Assembly: GCA_039029735.1 (NCBI GenBank)
Contig: JBCCFL010000019.1
Coordinates: 12,924-76,923, forward strand
Length of the DNA stretch: 64,000 bases
Reading direction: 5' to 3'
From: Actinomycetota bacterium
Lineage (GTDB): Bacteria > Actinomycetota > Acidimicrobiia > Acidimicrobiales > SZUA-35
In this document: positions 37,261 to 46,161 of the stretch, one piece after another
Numbering within the stretch: position 1 is the first letter of the stretch
How the letters are laid out: each line of letters begins with the position of its first letter
Position numbers and translations under genes: made by a program
Notes under the pieces: model-generated
Databases searched by the model: none
What the model was told of the DNA's origin: nothing
Seen by the model: the letters and a program-made list of their open reading frames with translations, nothing else

Positions 37261-38245
37261 GATCGCTGTTCCCTTCCCCGACGAGCTGCCCCCCGGCTAC
37301 GCCTGGCTGCCGGACGAGCCGGCGTTCGACGCCGATCGCCATCTCGCGCTGGAGGTGCCGGCCTCCGCGCTCACACTGTCGGATCTGGGCTACGACGACG
37401 CCGAGATCGCCACCAAGGCCACGCCGTTCGCAGCGTCGGCCCCGTTCCGGGTGCTGTCCGACGAGGGCGCCGAGATCATGCTCGACGTGGCTCGGCGGCT
37501 GAAGCAGTTCGTGCGGCCGGCCGGTGATCGCATCGAGAACACGGTGCGGGGTGGGGTGTACCGGTCACGATGGCTGGCCGACCTCTCGATCAGCCCCGAG
37601 CTGACGGCGCACTTCGCCTCGATCTACGGCGTGTCGGTGGCGCCCCATCCGATGCCGGTTCACCTGGCCCACCTGAACTACGAGCCGACCACCCTCGACA
37701 CCGCCGTCGACAAGTGGCATCACGACACGATCCCGCTCGACATGGTGATGATGGTGACCGATCCGACCACTACCCCAGGTGGGCAGTTCGAGTACTTCCT
37801 CGGCACGAAGGCGGAGATGGCCGAGTTGCGGGCCAACGGTGAGCTGCCGCCGCTCGATCGGGTGGTGGCCCCGCCCTTCGACGGGCCTGGCTACGCCATT
37901 GCGCTCCACGGCGACATGGTGGTGCACCGCGGTGCGCCGCTCGACGCGCCGGCCGAGCGGATCACGATGGTGAACGGCTACGTGGCCGCCGACACCTCAA
38001 CCGACGAGCAGAGCCGCTCTCGCGACCTGATCGGGATCGACGACAACAACACGCTCTACACCGAGTGGGCCAAGTTCGTGGCGTGGCGGTCGAGGGGCCG
38101 TCTCGACCAATTGATCGCCGACCTCGACTTCACGCCCAACGTCGACTCCGTCACCGCGGAGTTGGAGAACGCGATCGCCGACGTACGCCAGGCGATCGAC
38201 GAGATGCGCGCCGGCCCCCGCCCCGCCGAACACTACGAACGCTGA
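37238..38245 (+). CDS. Hypothetical protein, possibly Fe(II)/2-oxoglutarate-dioxygenase-like
   Basis: 335 aa. A possible facial triad is formed by WHHDTIPLD ... HGDMVVHRG. The 5' end overlaps the ACT gene by 23 nt. The call is weak. Confidence 0.35.
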   Translation: MSTIPQAEIAVPFPDELPPGYAWLPDEPAFDADRHLALEVPASALTLSDLGYDDAEIATKATPFAASAPFRVLSDEGAEIMLDVARRLKQFVRPAGDRIENTVRGGVYRSRWLADLSISPELTAHFASIYGVSVAPHPMPVHLAHLNYEPTTLDTAVDKWHHDTIPLDMVMMVTDPTTTPGGQFEYFLGTKAEMAELRANGELPPLDRVVAPPFDGPGYAIALHGDMVVHRGAPLDAPAERITMVNGYVAADTSTDEQSRSRDLIGIDDNNTLYTEWAKFVAWRSRGRLDQLIADLDFTPNVDSVTAELENAIADVRQAIDEMRAGPRPAEHYER

Positions 38246-38287
38246 ACGGCCGAGCCTCTCCGGCGTCACGCCGACTCGCTGATCAGC

Positions 38288-38333
38288 TTTCGTTCAGAGA
38301 GGCGAACGAAACCCGAAAGACTTCAGGGTTTCG
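38288..38333 (+). terminator. Two overlapping, mutually exclusive 8-bp hairpins downstream of 37238..38245
   Basis: Hairpin 1 is tttcgttc-agagaggc-gaacgaaa (38288-38311). Hairpin 2 is cgaaaccc-gaaagacttca-gggtttcg (38307-38333). They share nucleotides 38307-38311. Confidence 0.35.
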
Positions 38334-38469
38334 ATCAAATCAGGGCAGTTTTCCTGGCCCTGACCAGTCGGCGAATCTACGCTCCGCTGGCAACGCGGGA
38401 CACGAATCACGGTATGGACCATCAACGAGTTGTGGGCTGGCGAGCCGGCCCACAGAAAGAGTGGGAACC

Positions 38470-38853
38470 ATGTCGATATCGAAAGTGCTGTGCGGCCTCA
38501 TGTTGACGGCCGTCATGACCTTCGGGTTCGTTCCGTCCGCCGTCACTCCATCAGCGCTCGAGGCGCCGCCGGCCGAGGCCGGACCAGGCGACTTCCAGGG
38601 TGGCTGTGCTGTCGCGTTCGGATCGATCTTCGTTCCGTGGGCCCGGGCCGGAGGCTGGGTGGCCAAGTGGTTGGGCAACAGGTGGGTGGCGTCGGGAACG
38701 ACCGCAGCCACGCTCTTCTCATGTCAGAAGTTCCCGCCGAGCTACCCGAACGGACCGTGCGTCTCCTGGAACGGGCCACGAGGGCGATGTAGCCATTACG
38801 CCAACGGCTGTATGCGATTCGGCACGCCATACCAGCGGAGCCTCTGCAAGTAA
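38470..38853 (+). CDS. Small secreted Cys- and Trp-rich protein (127 aa)
   Basis: This is the C-terminal part of ORF 38065..38853. ATG 38470 is preceded by GAAAGAGTGGGA. Signal peptide is MSISKVLCGLMLTAVMTFGFVPSAVTPSALEA. The mature part has six Cys and the segment FVPWARAGGWVAKWLGNRWV. It uses a TAA stop and sits in locally lower GC. Confidence 0.6.
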   Translation: MSISKVLCGLMLTAVMTFGFVPSAVTPSALEAPPAEAGPGDFQGGCAVAFGSIFVPWARAGGWVAKWLGNRWVASGTTAATLFSCQKFPPSYPNGPCVSWNGPRGRCSHYANGCMRFGTPYQRSLCK

Positions 38854-38865
38854 ATCGTCCGCATT

Positions 38866-38895
38866 GGTGCCGATCGCGAAGACGCGGTCGGCACC
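38866..38895 (+). terminator. Hairpin after the small secreted-protein gene
   Basis: ggtgccgatcgcg-aaga-cgcggtcggcacc forms a 13-bp stem (one T-G pair) with a 4-nt loop, 13 nt after the TAA stop. Confidence 0.5.
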
Positions 38896-38943
38896 AAGCC
38901 ACCTTCACAGTTTCTTCACGGCGCTCGACATACCGTCGGCGTC

Positions 38944-40698
38944 GTGCTCAGGTCTCCAGCCCCAGTCCGATTCCTCGGCTCGACGATCATGGTGGTATCG
39001 CTGCTCGCCGCATCGTGTTCGTCAGGATCAGCGCCGGCCCTGCCATCGGAGGACACGACGTCGATCCCGGAGGCCGCCACAACGCCAGCTGGGGCCGCCG
39101 CTGCACCAACCGTCGCTGCCGGCGACGAGGAGTGGCTCCTGACGTCGTTCACCTACTACCCGATCGAGCAGGCCCAGCCCACCGATGCCAACGCTGGCTT
39201 CTCGATGTATGTGGCGGCATGGCCGTTCCAACAGACCTACCCCGGTGCCGAGTACCAGACTGGTCTCCCGAGCACCTGGCTGAAGCCTGCGAATCTCGAC
39301 GGCGACGAGCGAGAGCTCTACTCGACCATCGAAGGCGGGCTCGGCTGGTGGACCGACACCCGCTTCGCCACGGAAACCCCGAAGTTCATCATGGGTGGGG
39401 TGTCGCTCGACTTCACCGAGTGGGCCAACGGGCCGGGGGCGGGAGCCGGCTTGGCCGACGTGGACCGGCGCGACTGGGATCAACCTCAGGGGAAGTACGG
39501 GGTGGCCCAGCTGAGCCCCAACGTGCTCTGGGCCCCCGACGGACTCAACCTGGCCGAGGGCACGAACGGTGAGCTCTTCGGCTACGGCTACCACCCACTC
39601 CCGATCATCGACGCCCAGACCACCTCGCGTGGCGATGCCGTGCCCACCGGTGACAACAGCTGGACGCTGTTCCTCAGCACGGCCAACTTCCAGGGCCCGG
39701 TCAGCTTCTTCATTCCGAACTTCTTCACCAAGCCCGCGGTCGGTGACCCGAGCCTGGAGGGGCTGTTCTTCGATACGAGCGGTACCGACTACGGCCGGGC
39801 GATCGGCCTCGAGACGCAGGTGATCCCGGCGGTGCACGCCACGGTCGACGGCGTGTCGTACGCAAGGGTGACCCGCATGCAATACCCGGCCACCGACGAC
39901 GTGTCATCGGTGGTGCTGCACCGCATCACCTCCTACCGCGACGACGCCCTGGCCGACGACGTCGGCTCGTGGTTCGAGGGCGGACCGCCGCCCTCGGGCG
40001 AGTTCGACCCGGCTGCCGCCCACCTCAGCCCGTTCACCGACGCTGATGCCGGTGACGATGTGTTCATGACCTTCGTCGGCGAGAACATGGGCGAGGACGA
40101 CGAGTACCCCGTCGACTTCGGGGCCCTGGCCGACGTCGACGTCAGTGACCCCGCCACGTTCCGGTACGCATGGAACCTCGATCTCGTCGACCGAGTCGGT
40201 GACTCGTTCGTCCTGCCCGACTACTACCGGCTCGAACCGGACGCCGACGGCATGATTTGGCGACCGGTCGACCCATCGGAAGTACCGCCGGAGTCGGGGC
40301 TGCAGTCACACGTGTTCGAGGAGTTGGGCACCCGCAACGACAGCGAGCCCTTCGTTACCCCGGATGAGTCGGACAGCCTGTGGCGCTCGCCAGGCCCTGC
40401 AGCCGGTCCCTTCACCGCCGACCTCGGTGACGGCAGCACGGTGACCTATCACTGGTACCGGTTCGTCGACCAGCCGGCCATCCGGTACTGGGAGTTCAGC
40501 AACGCCGAACTGGCCACGATCCAGGCTCGGGTCGAGGCGATCCACCGGGAGTGGACCCCTGATCGGAGCTACCTCGCCCCGCCCGCCGTCGGCGAGCTCG
40601 CACGCCTCGATCCAGCCATCGTCGTGGAGCCACCTGCTGGTCTGGAGATCGGCTACGTCCCGATCGTCACCCGCCAGGAGCGCACTGCGATGCCCTAG
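38944..40698 (+). CDS. Lipoprotein of unknown function (584 aa)
   Basis: GTG start. Lipobox-like VVSLLAASCSSGS is followed by a Pro/Ala/Thr linker and a large domain that I do not recognise. Confidence 0.65.
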   Translation: MLRSPAPVRFLGSTIMVVSLLAASCSSGSAPALPSEDTTSIPEAATTPAGAAAAPTVAAGDEEWLLTSFTYYPIEQAQPTDANAGFSMYVAAWPFQQTYPGAEYQTGLPSTWLKPANLDGDERELYSTIEGGLGWWTDTRFATETPKFIMGGVSLDFTEWANGPGAGAGLADVDRRDWDQPQGKYGVAQLSPNVLWAPDGLNLAEGTNGELFGYGYHPLPIIDAQTTSRGDAVPTGDNSWTLFLSTANFQGPVSFFIPNFFTKPAVGDPSLEGLFFDTSGTDYGRAIGLETQVIPAVHATVDGVSYARVTRMQYPATDDVSSVVLHRITSYRDDALADDVGSWFEGGPPPSGEFDPAAAHLSPFTDADAGDDVFMTFVGENMGEDDEYPVDFGALADVDVSDPATFRYAWNLDLVDRVGDSFVLPDYYRLEPDADGMIWRPVDPSEVPPESGLQSHVFEELGTRNDSEPFVTPDESDSLWRSPGPAAGPFTADLGDGSTVTYHWYRFVDQPAIRYWEFSNAELATIQARVEAIHREWTPDRSYLAPPAVGELARLDPAIVVEPPAGLEIGYVPIVTRQERTAMP

Positions 40699-41150
40699 GA
40701 GCCGCGCTGTTCATTGCGGGAGAAGAGAGCAACGAGCCCGTCGAGACAGGCCCCCCATCCCATCTGGGTGTTGGCGACTCGGCCAGGGTCGGTGATGCGC
40801 TGGTGCGAGACCACGACTTCGGTGCCGTCGGCGTGCGCCTTGAACTGGACGGTGACCAGCTCTTCCGGCCCTTCGACGGGGCCGGTCGCCCACGTGTAGC
40901 TCAGCCGATCGGGCGGGCCGACATCGACGAAGTGCCCCGTGATCGACACGATCGAGCCGTCGGGCAGCTCGTTCACGATCTCGTAGCGGCCGCCGACCCG
41001 TAGATCGACCTCGGCGCCACGACACCGGCCCCCCGGCGGACCCCACCACTGCACCAACTGATCGGGCGAGGTCCAGGCCGCGAACGTGCGCTCCGGAGTT
41101 GCCGGCACGACCCGACGCACCTCGAGTTCTGCTCGCTCAGTCGGTTCCAC
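40695..41150 (-). CDS. SRPBCC / AHSA1 (Aha1-like) domain protein
   Basis: Contains RVVPATPERTFAAWTSPDQLVQWWGPPG...GGRYEI...ITGHFVDVGPPDRLSYTW. Confidence 0.75.
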   Translation of the reverse strand: MEPTERAELEVRRVVPATPERTFAAWTSPDQLVQWWGPPGGRCRGAEVDLRVGGRYEIVNELPDGSIVSITGHFVDVGPPDRLSYTWATGPVEGPEELVTVQFKAHADGTEVVVSHQRITDPGRVANTQMGWGACLDGLVALFSRNEQRGS

Positions 41151-41505
41151 GGGTGTCGTCCTTGCTCAGATGCGAAGCCAGCGAGTCGAGTTGGTGCTCC
41201 CAAAACCGCTGGTTGCGGGTGATCCAGGCATCGGCCTGTTCGAGGCCCTCCGGCTGGAGCGTGCACCGATGGATTCGGCCATCGACCCGGCGCCGCACGA
41301 GCCCGGCCCCTTCGAGTACGCGTACGTGCTTCGAGGCACCAGGCAGCGACATCTCGAATGGCTCAGCCAGGTCGCTGATCGTGGAGGGCCCCGTCATCAA
41401 CCGATCCAGCATTGCGCGCCGCGTGCGGTTGGCGAGCGCGTTGAAGATGCGATCCAGGTCGTCGTCCGATGGCTCGGGGACGGACGCGACTTCGACGGTT
41501 GACAT
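41137..41505 (-). CDS. ArsR/SmtB family transcriptional regulator
   Basis: ORF 41137..41565(-) was trimmed to ATG 41505. Contains IFNALANRTRRAMLDRLMTGPSTISDLAEPFEMSLPGASKHVRVLEGAGLV. Confidence 0.85.
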   Translation of the reverse strand: MSTVEVASVPEPSDDDLDRIFNALANRTRRAMLDRLMTGPSTISDLAEPFEMSLPGASKHVRVLEGAGLVRRRVDGRIHRCTLQPEGLEQADAWITRNQRFWEHQLDSLASHLSKDDTRGTD

Positions 41506-41524
41506 CACCACGAATCCAAATATA

Positions 41525-41538
41525 AAACCGAGTGGTTT
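41525..41538. promoter_or_regulatory. Inverted repeat AAACC-GAGT-GGTTT in the AT-rich divergent promoter region (candidate ArsR-type operator)
   Basis: The 53-bp intergenic region 41506-41558 reads caccacgaatccaaatataAAACCgagtGGTTTactattcaaggaggaatgcg. Confidence 0.35.
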
Positions 41539-41558
41539 ACTATTCAAGGAGGAATGCG

Positions 41559-41954
41559 ATGTCAACGCGAATTCAGCAATCCGAGGTCATCCCGGCCGAG
41601 CCGGCTGTCGTCTACGAGCTCCTCACATCGAGCGAGCGCTTCAGCGAGATGACTGGCGGTGCCCCGGCCAACATCGACGCTGCCGCTGGCGGCGCGATCT
41701 CGCTGTTCGGCGGGATGATCACCGGCCAAACGATCGAGGCGGTCGACGGCAAACGGTTGGTGCAGGCCTGGCGCCCGCAACCGTGGGCCGACGGCACCTA
41801 TTCGATCGTCCGCTTCGACATTGCACCCGAGGGTGTCGACTCCAGCCGGGTGACGCTCGAACACGTCGGCTTCCCCGACGACGAACTCGACCACCTCACG
41901 CAGGGATGGATCGACAACTACTGGAACCCGATGCGAGCGCTCGTGGGCCCCTGA
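41559..41954 (+). CDS. SRPBCC superfamily protein
   Basis: ORF 41532..41954 was trimmed to ATG 41559 (AAGGAGG SD 6 nt upstream). Sequence begins MSTRIQQSEVIPAEPAVVYELLTSSERFSEMTGG.... Confidence 0.7.
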   Translation: MSTRIQQSEVIPAEPAVVYELLTSSERFSEMTGGAPANIDAAAGGAISLFGGMITGQTIEAVDGKRLVQAWRPQPWADGTYSIVRFDIAPEGVDSSRVTLEHVGFPDDELDHLTQGWIDNYWNPMRALVGP

Positions 41955-41982
41955 CCGCCGACAGCGCCCTAACGTCACCCGC

Positions 41983-42909
41983 ATGGGATGCGACGTCAGA
42001 GCGGCCCGACACTTCATCCAGGCCAATGCCCGGCTGCTCGATCAACGGCTGGCCTCGGTTGTCCTCGACGGGGGCGAACCGGAGGGCATCGTGTCGGCTC
42101 TGAAGGCCTACCAGAACGCTGATGGCGGATTCGGGCATGGCCTGGAGCCCGACAAGCGGGCCCCGGCGAGTCAACCTCTCGACGTCGAGATCGCCTTCGA
42201 GTACCTGGCCACTGCGGGAGTGCAGGCGACGGCGCTCACGACGCCGGCCTGCGACTGGTTGGACTCGATCGCCGCCGCGTCGGGCGCCGTGCCGGTGCTC
42301 CTGCCTTCCGTCGCGGGGTTCCCTCGGGCAGCCCACTGGGAGCCCACCCGCTACGAGCCCAGCCTGAACCCGACCGCCGCCATTGTGGCCCACGCCCATG
42401 CGTTGGGCGTCAATCATCCGTGGGTCGGTCGGGCGACCGCCTGGTGCTTCGGCCAGATCACGCAGGGTCGAGTGCCGTCATCAGCCGTGACGCTGCTCAC
42501 CGTGGCCAAGCTGGTGAGCGCCCAGCGCGAGCAGCCCGAGGCCGCAGCAGCAGCCCGCCTCGCTGCCGCCGCCATCCCGACCGCCGAGTGGATGATGCTC
42601 GATGCCGAGGCGACCGACTACGGCGTCACACCGCTCGACTTCGCGCCAACGCCGTCCTCAGTGGCGCGTGACTGGTTCAGCGACGACGTGATGGCGGCGC
42701 ACCTCGATCGACTCGAACGCGACCAGCAGCCCGACGGCGGATGGCCGCTGCTCTGGACGCCTCCGAGCCAGGCGGCGACCTGCGAGTGGCGGGCGATACG
42801 CACACTGGCGGCCCTCCGCACCCTCGTGGCCTACGGCCGAACGTCGGTGCGGTCGACCCTGCCATCGCCCGGCAACCCTGATGCGAAGCCGGATCCCGCC
42901 GTGCGGTAG
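41983..42909 (+). CDS. Hypothetical protein with prenyltransferase/terpene-cyclase-like alpha-alpha toroid repeats
   Basis: Contains the YQNADGGFGHG and QQPDGGWPLLW repeat signatures. Confidence 0.4.
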   Translation: MGCDVRAARHFIQANARLLDQRLASVVLDGGEPEGIVSALKAYQNADGGFGHGLEPDKRAPASQPLDVEIAFEYLATAGVQATALTTPACDWLDSIAAASGAVPVLLPSVAGFPRAAHWEPTRYEPSLNPTAAIVAHAHALGVNHPWVGRATAWCFGQITQGRVPSSAVTLLTVAKLVSAQREQPEAAAAARLAAAAIPTAEWMMLDAEATDYGVTPLDFAPTPSSVARDWFSDDVMAAHLDRLERDQQPDGGWPLLWTPPSQAATCEWRAIRTLAALRTLVAYGRTSVRSTLPSPGNPDAKPDPAVR

Positions 42910-43241
42910 GCGTCACGGGGTGGGGCCAAGATGTCCATCACCGTTGCCCCTTCGGGCCCGGCGGTGAACCCGTGATCGACTCCGCCGGGTGTGAGCCAGA
43001 AGTCGCCGTTGGTGACCGGCACCGATTCTCCGCCCTGGATGCGAACACTCCCGGCAATGAGCACACCCCATTGCTCTTCGGGATGGCTGTGGATCGTGCC
43101 AACGCTGTCGGGCTCGAAGCTCACCACCGAGATCATCGCCTGCTCACCGGCGAAGATCGACGTGCTGATTCCCGGCGACAAGGTGCGGGCGATGCCAGCG
43201 CTGAGGTCGGCAAGGTTGAAGAACGTGTCGGGTCGGCTCAT
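42831..43241 (-). CDS. Cupin domain protein
   Basis: Contains GTIHSHPEEQWGVLIAGSVRIQ...GDFWLTPGGVDHGF. The 3' end overlaps the convergent gene by 79 nt. Confidence 0.7.
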   Translation of the reverse strand: MSRPDTFFNLADLSAGIARTLSPGISTSIFAGEQAMISVVSFEPDSVGTIHSHPEEQWGVLIAGSVRIQGGESVPVTNGDFWLTPGGVDHGFTAGPEGATVMDILAPPRDAYRTAGSGFASGLPGDGRVDRTDVRP

Positions 43242-44068
43242 CGGGCGGTGCCCTCCTGCGGTTCTGGTGTCGACGCATCGCAGCGGTCGAGGAACTCGGC
43301 CATCACCGCCCAGAGCTCAACCGGGTTCGAGTACATCGGGAAGTGGCCGGCGAACTGGATCTCGGCGGTTTCCACGCCGATCCCCGGCAGCCCGTCGAGA
43401 TATGACAGGTGGCGGTTCTGCTCGCCGTACACGAACACCCGGGGGCACCTCAGGCCGGCCATGAGGTCGAGCAGTGGCATGGTGTCGGACAGCTCCACCA
43501 TTGAGGTGAAGATCGGGTGCACCACCGACGGGCGCACCTTCAGCGGCAACGAAGTGGCATACAGCCGGGAGGCGAACTCGGGCCGCTCGGCCACCCGCTC
43601 CACGAATGCGTCGAAGAAGGTCTTCTCGTCGTCAGCCGGAAAGTCGATGATCTGGCGCGACAAGAAGCAGTCCTCCGGCGCGAGGTTCCCCTCGATGTCG
43701 ACGAAGCTCAGCACCCGTTCCGGCCGGGCGTTCGCCAACAGAAGCGCCGTGAGGCCGCCCATGGAGTGGCCACTCAGATGGAATCGATCCAGCCCGAGGG
43801 CGTCGCAGGCGCCGGCGGCCACCTCGACCAGGAACGGGATCGTGACCGCGGCGGGTTCATCGACCGTGGAGGCCCCGCACCCGGGGGCGTCGAGGAGCAC
43901 CAGGCCCCGATCGGCGAAGGCAGGATGGAGGGCGAGGTCGGCGTAGTCCTCCTTGGTCGAACCGAAGCCGTGCAGGCACACGAGCGGGGGCCGCGAGCCG
44001 CCGCGCTGCAACACCGCAAGCTGCACGGTGGTGCCGCCCGTGGCCAACGTCACCGTCGATTCGTCCAT
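43238..44068 (-). CDS. Alpha/beta hydrolase
   Basis: Contains LVCLHGFGSTKEDY and the nucleophile elbow LSGHSMGG. The stop overlaps the cupin start by 4 nt. Confidence 0.8.
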   Translation of the reverse strand: MDESTVTLATGGTTVQLAVLQRGGSRPPLVCLHGFGSTKEDYADLALHPAFADRGLVLLDAPGCGASTVDEPAAVTIPFLVEVAAGACDALGLDRFHLSGHSMGGLTALLLANARPERVLSFVDIEGNLAPEDCFLSRQIIDFPADDEKTFFDAFVERVAERPEFASRLYATSLPLKVRPSVVHPIFTSMVELSDTMPLLDLMAGLRCPRVFVYGEQNRHLSYLDGLPGIGVETAEIQFAGHFPMYSNPVELWAVMAEFLDRCDASTPEPQEGTAR

Positions 44069-44128
44069 TGGCCACCCGTCTCCGCTGCTCTTGGTGTGCT
44101 ACTGAACCGCCTCCGAAACGGCTACTGT

Positions 44129-44143
44129 ATCGATGATTCATCG
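44129..44143. promoter_or_regulatory. Perfect palindrome TCGATGA-T-TCATCGA 22 nt upstream of the Lrp/AsnC gene
   Basis: Seen in ...ctactgtaTCGATGATTCATCGAcaacagtgaaagaacaacgcATG. Its right half (GATTCATCGACAACAGT) also resembles the C1-cluster motif GATTCTGCATCGTGGAAC when gapped. Confidence 0.35.
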
Positions 44144-44164
44144 ACAACAGTGAAAGAACAACGC

Positions 44165-44659
44165 ATGATCGACGGCATCGATCGGGAGATACTGACGATC
44201 CTACGCAACGACGCCTCCACTACGAAGGCGGAGATCGCCCGCCGTGTCGGGCTGGTGGCATCCGCGGTGTCGGAACGGGTGCGTCGCCTGGAGGCCGATG
44301 GAGTGATCGCGGGATACGAGGCCCGGCTCGACCCGCATCTGCTCGGCAAGCCACTCTTGGCCTTCGTGTTCGTCACCGACGCCAAACCCAACCACGGCTT
44401 CGACGTGGCCGCTGCCCTCACTGGCGTCACCGGCCTGGAAGAGCTCCACAAGATCGCCGGCGACGACTGTTACTTGTTGAAGATCCGGGCCGCCGACACC
44501 GACGAGCTGAACTCGATCATCGAGCGCGAGATCAACGTGGTCGAGGCCGTGACCCGGGTGCGTACCACGATCGTGTTGCGCCCCGTGACCGAGCGTCCAC
44601 CGCTCGCTGGCCACGATCTCCAGCAACCCGAGGCCGTCGGCCGGGCAGCCACCCCATGA
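44165..44659 (+). CDS. Lrp/AsnC family transcriptional regulator
   Basis: ORF 43517..44659 was trimmed to ATG 44165 (MIDGIDREILTILRNDASTTKAEIARRVGLVASAVSERVRRLEADGVI). The stop is ATGA-coupled to the next gene. Confidence 0.85.
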   Translation: MIDGIDREILTILRNDASTTKAEIARRVGLVASAVSERVRRLEADGVIAGYEARLDPHLLGKPLLAFVFVTDAKPNHGFDVAAALTGVTGLEELHKIAGDDCYLLKIRAADTDELNSIIEREINVVEAVTRVRTTIVLRPVTERPPLAGHDLQQPEAVGRAATP

Positions 44660-46161
44660 CTCGACGGAGGAGCCGCACCCGGCCCGCCCCGCCGCCGCGT
44701 CCGCTCGTCACCCCTCCCCCACTCGGCGGTTCGTATCGCCCCTTGTCGGCCGCCGACGCCGACCGGATCGTCGACCACGCCTTCGACATGCTCGGCGCCG
44801 TCGGCATGGCCGGCGCTCCCGTGCGCCATGCCGACCTGTTGCTCGCGGCCGGCGCCTCCCGGCGCGACGACGGGCGGCTCCTGTTCCCGCGCCCGATGGT
44901 GGAGGCGGCGTTGCGTCGATCACCGTCGGCGGTGCAGCTCCCCGGGTTCATCGAGGATCGAGGCGTGACCATTGGCGGCGGCCGCGTGCACATCGGCACC
45001 GGCGGGGCCGCCGTGCAGGTGCTGGACGCCGCCACGGGAACCTATCGCGACTCCAAGCTGCGTGACCTCTGGACGATGATGCGGGTGCTCGACGAGATGG
45101 CGAACATCCACTACGGGCTTCGGCCTCTCGTGGCCCGCGACGTGGTGGATCCGCTCGAACTCGATCTCAACACGGCCTTCGCCGTCACGGCGGCAACGGC
45201 TAAGCCCACCGGGGTGAGCTTCACCTCGGCCGCCACCGTCGACCCGGTGGTTGACCTGTTCGACGCCGCCCTCGGCGGTGAAGGGCGCTTCGCCCGCCAA
45301 CCGTTCTCGATGGCCGTGGTGGTGCACGTGGTGCCGCCGCTGCGCTTCTCGCCGGAGGGCTGCGAAATCATGGAGCGGGCGATCGAGCGCGGCATGATCG
45401 TGCAGACGTGCTCGGCCGGGCAGGCCGGCGCCACCTCTCCCCCGTCACTCGCTGGCAGCCTGGCTCAGGGCCTGGCCGAGATCCTGGCGGGCGTGGTGTT
45501 GGCCGACGCAATCAAGCCCGGCCATCCCTGCATCCACGCCTTCATGCCCTTCGTGTCCGACCTGCGCACCGGCGCCATGACCGGCGGTAGCGGCGAGGCC
45601 GCCGTGACCAGCGCCGCTGCGGCCCAGCTGCTGCGGCAGCTGGAGATTCCCCACGCCGTATCGGCCGGAATCACCGAGGCGAAGGAGGCCGACAACCAGG
45701 CCGGATACGAGAAGGGCTACACCGTGGCCCTGGCAGCCCAAGCAGGAGCGGAGATGGTGCAGCTGTCGGTGGGCATGCTCGGCTCGATCATGGTGGCGAG
45801 CCCCGAGACTCTCGTGATCGACAGTGACATGTGTGGCGCCATCCTCCGCTCCGTTCGGGGCGTGGAGGTGGACATCGGGTACCTCGACATGGCGATCATC
45901 GAAGAGGTGGTGGGCGGCGACGGTCACTACCTGGGCTCGGCCCAAACGCTGGAGCTGATGCGCAGCGAGTACGTGTATCCCGACCTGGGCGACCGGCAGT
46001 CGGTCGACGAGTGGGTGTCGGCCGGCAGCCCGGCCCTGTGGGCCCGGGCTTCGGCCCAGGTTGCCGACATCGTTGCCGGAGGACGGGCTGGCCATCTCTC
46101 CGTCGATGCCGAGGCGGCGATCCGCTCCCGCTTCCCGATTCGTCTGGAGGCCACACCATGA
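44656..46161 (+). CDS. MttB-superfamily methyltransferase homolog (non-pyrrolysine; glycine betaine/quaternary amine type)
   Basis: 501 aa with no in-frame TAG. Contains YRPLSAADADRIVDHAFDMLGAVGM..., GGGRVHIGTGGAAVQVLD, QTCSAGQAGATSP, and VIDSDMCGAILRSVRG. Confidence 0.75.
   Translation: MTRRRSRTRPAPPPRPLVTPPPLGGSYRPLSAADADRIVDHAFDMLGAVGMAGAPVRHADLLLAAGASRRDDGRLLFPRPMVEAALRRSPSAVQLPGFIEDRGVTIGGGRVHIGTGGAAVQVLDAATGTYRDSKLRDLWTMMRVLDEMANIHYGLRPLVARDVVDPLELDLNTAFAVTAATAKPTGVSFTSAATVDPVVDLFDAALGGEGRFARQPFSMAVVVHVVPPLRFSPEGCEIMERAIERGMIVQTCSAGQAGATSPPSLAGSLAQGLAEILAGVVLADAIKPGHPCIHAFMPFVSDLRTGAMTGGSGEAAVTSAAAAQLLRQLEIPHAVSAGITEAKEADNQAGYEKGYTVALAAQAGAEMVQLSVGMLGSIMVASPETLVIDSDMCGAILRSVRGVEVDIGYLDMAIIEEVVGGDGHYLGSAQTLELMRSEYVYPDLGDRQSVDEWVSAGSPALWARASAQVADIVAGGRAGHLSVDAEAAIRSRFPIRLEATP

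Noticed and set aside
40695-40698. Convergent genes sharing the palindromic CTAG as both stop codons.
   Set aside because: This is a trivial consequence of tail-to-tail packing, and I see no functional implication.
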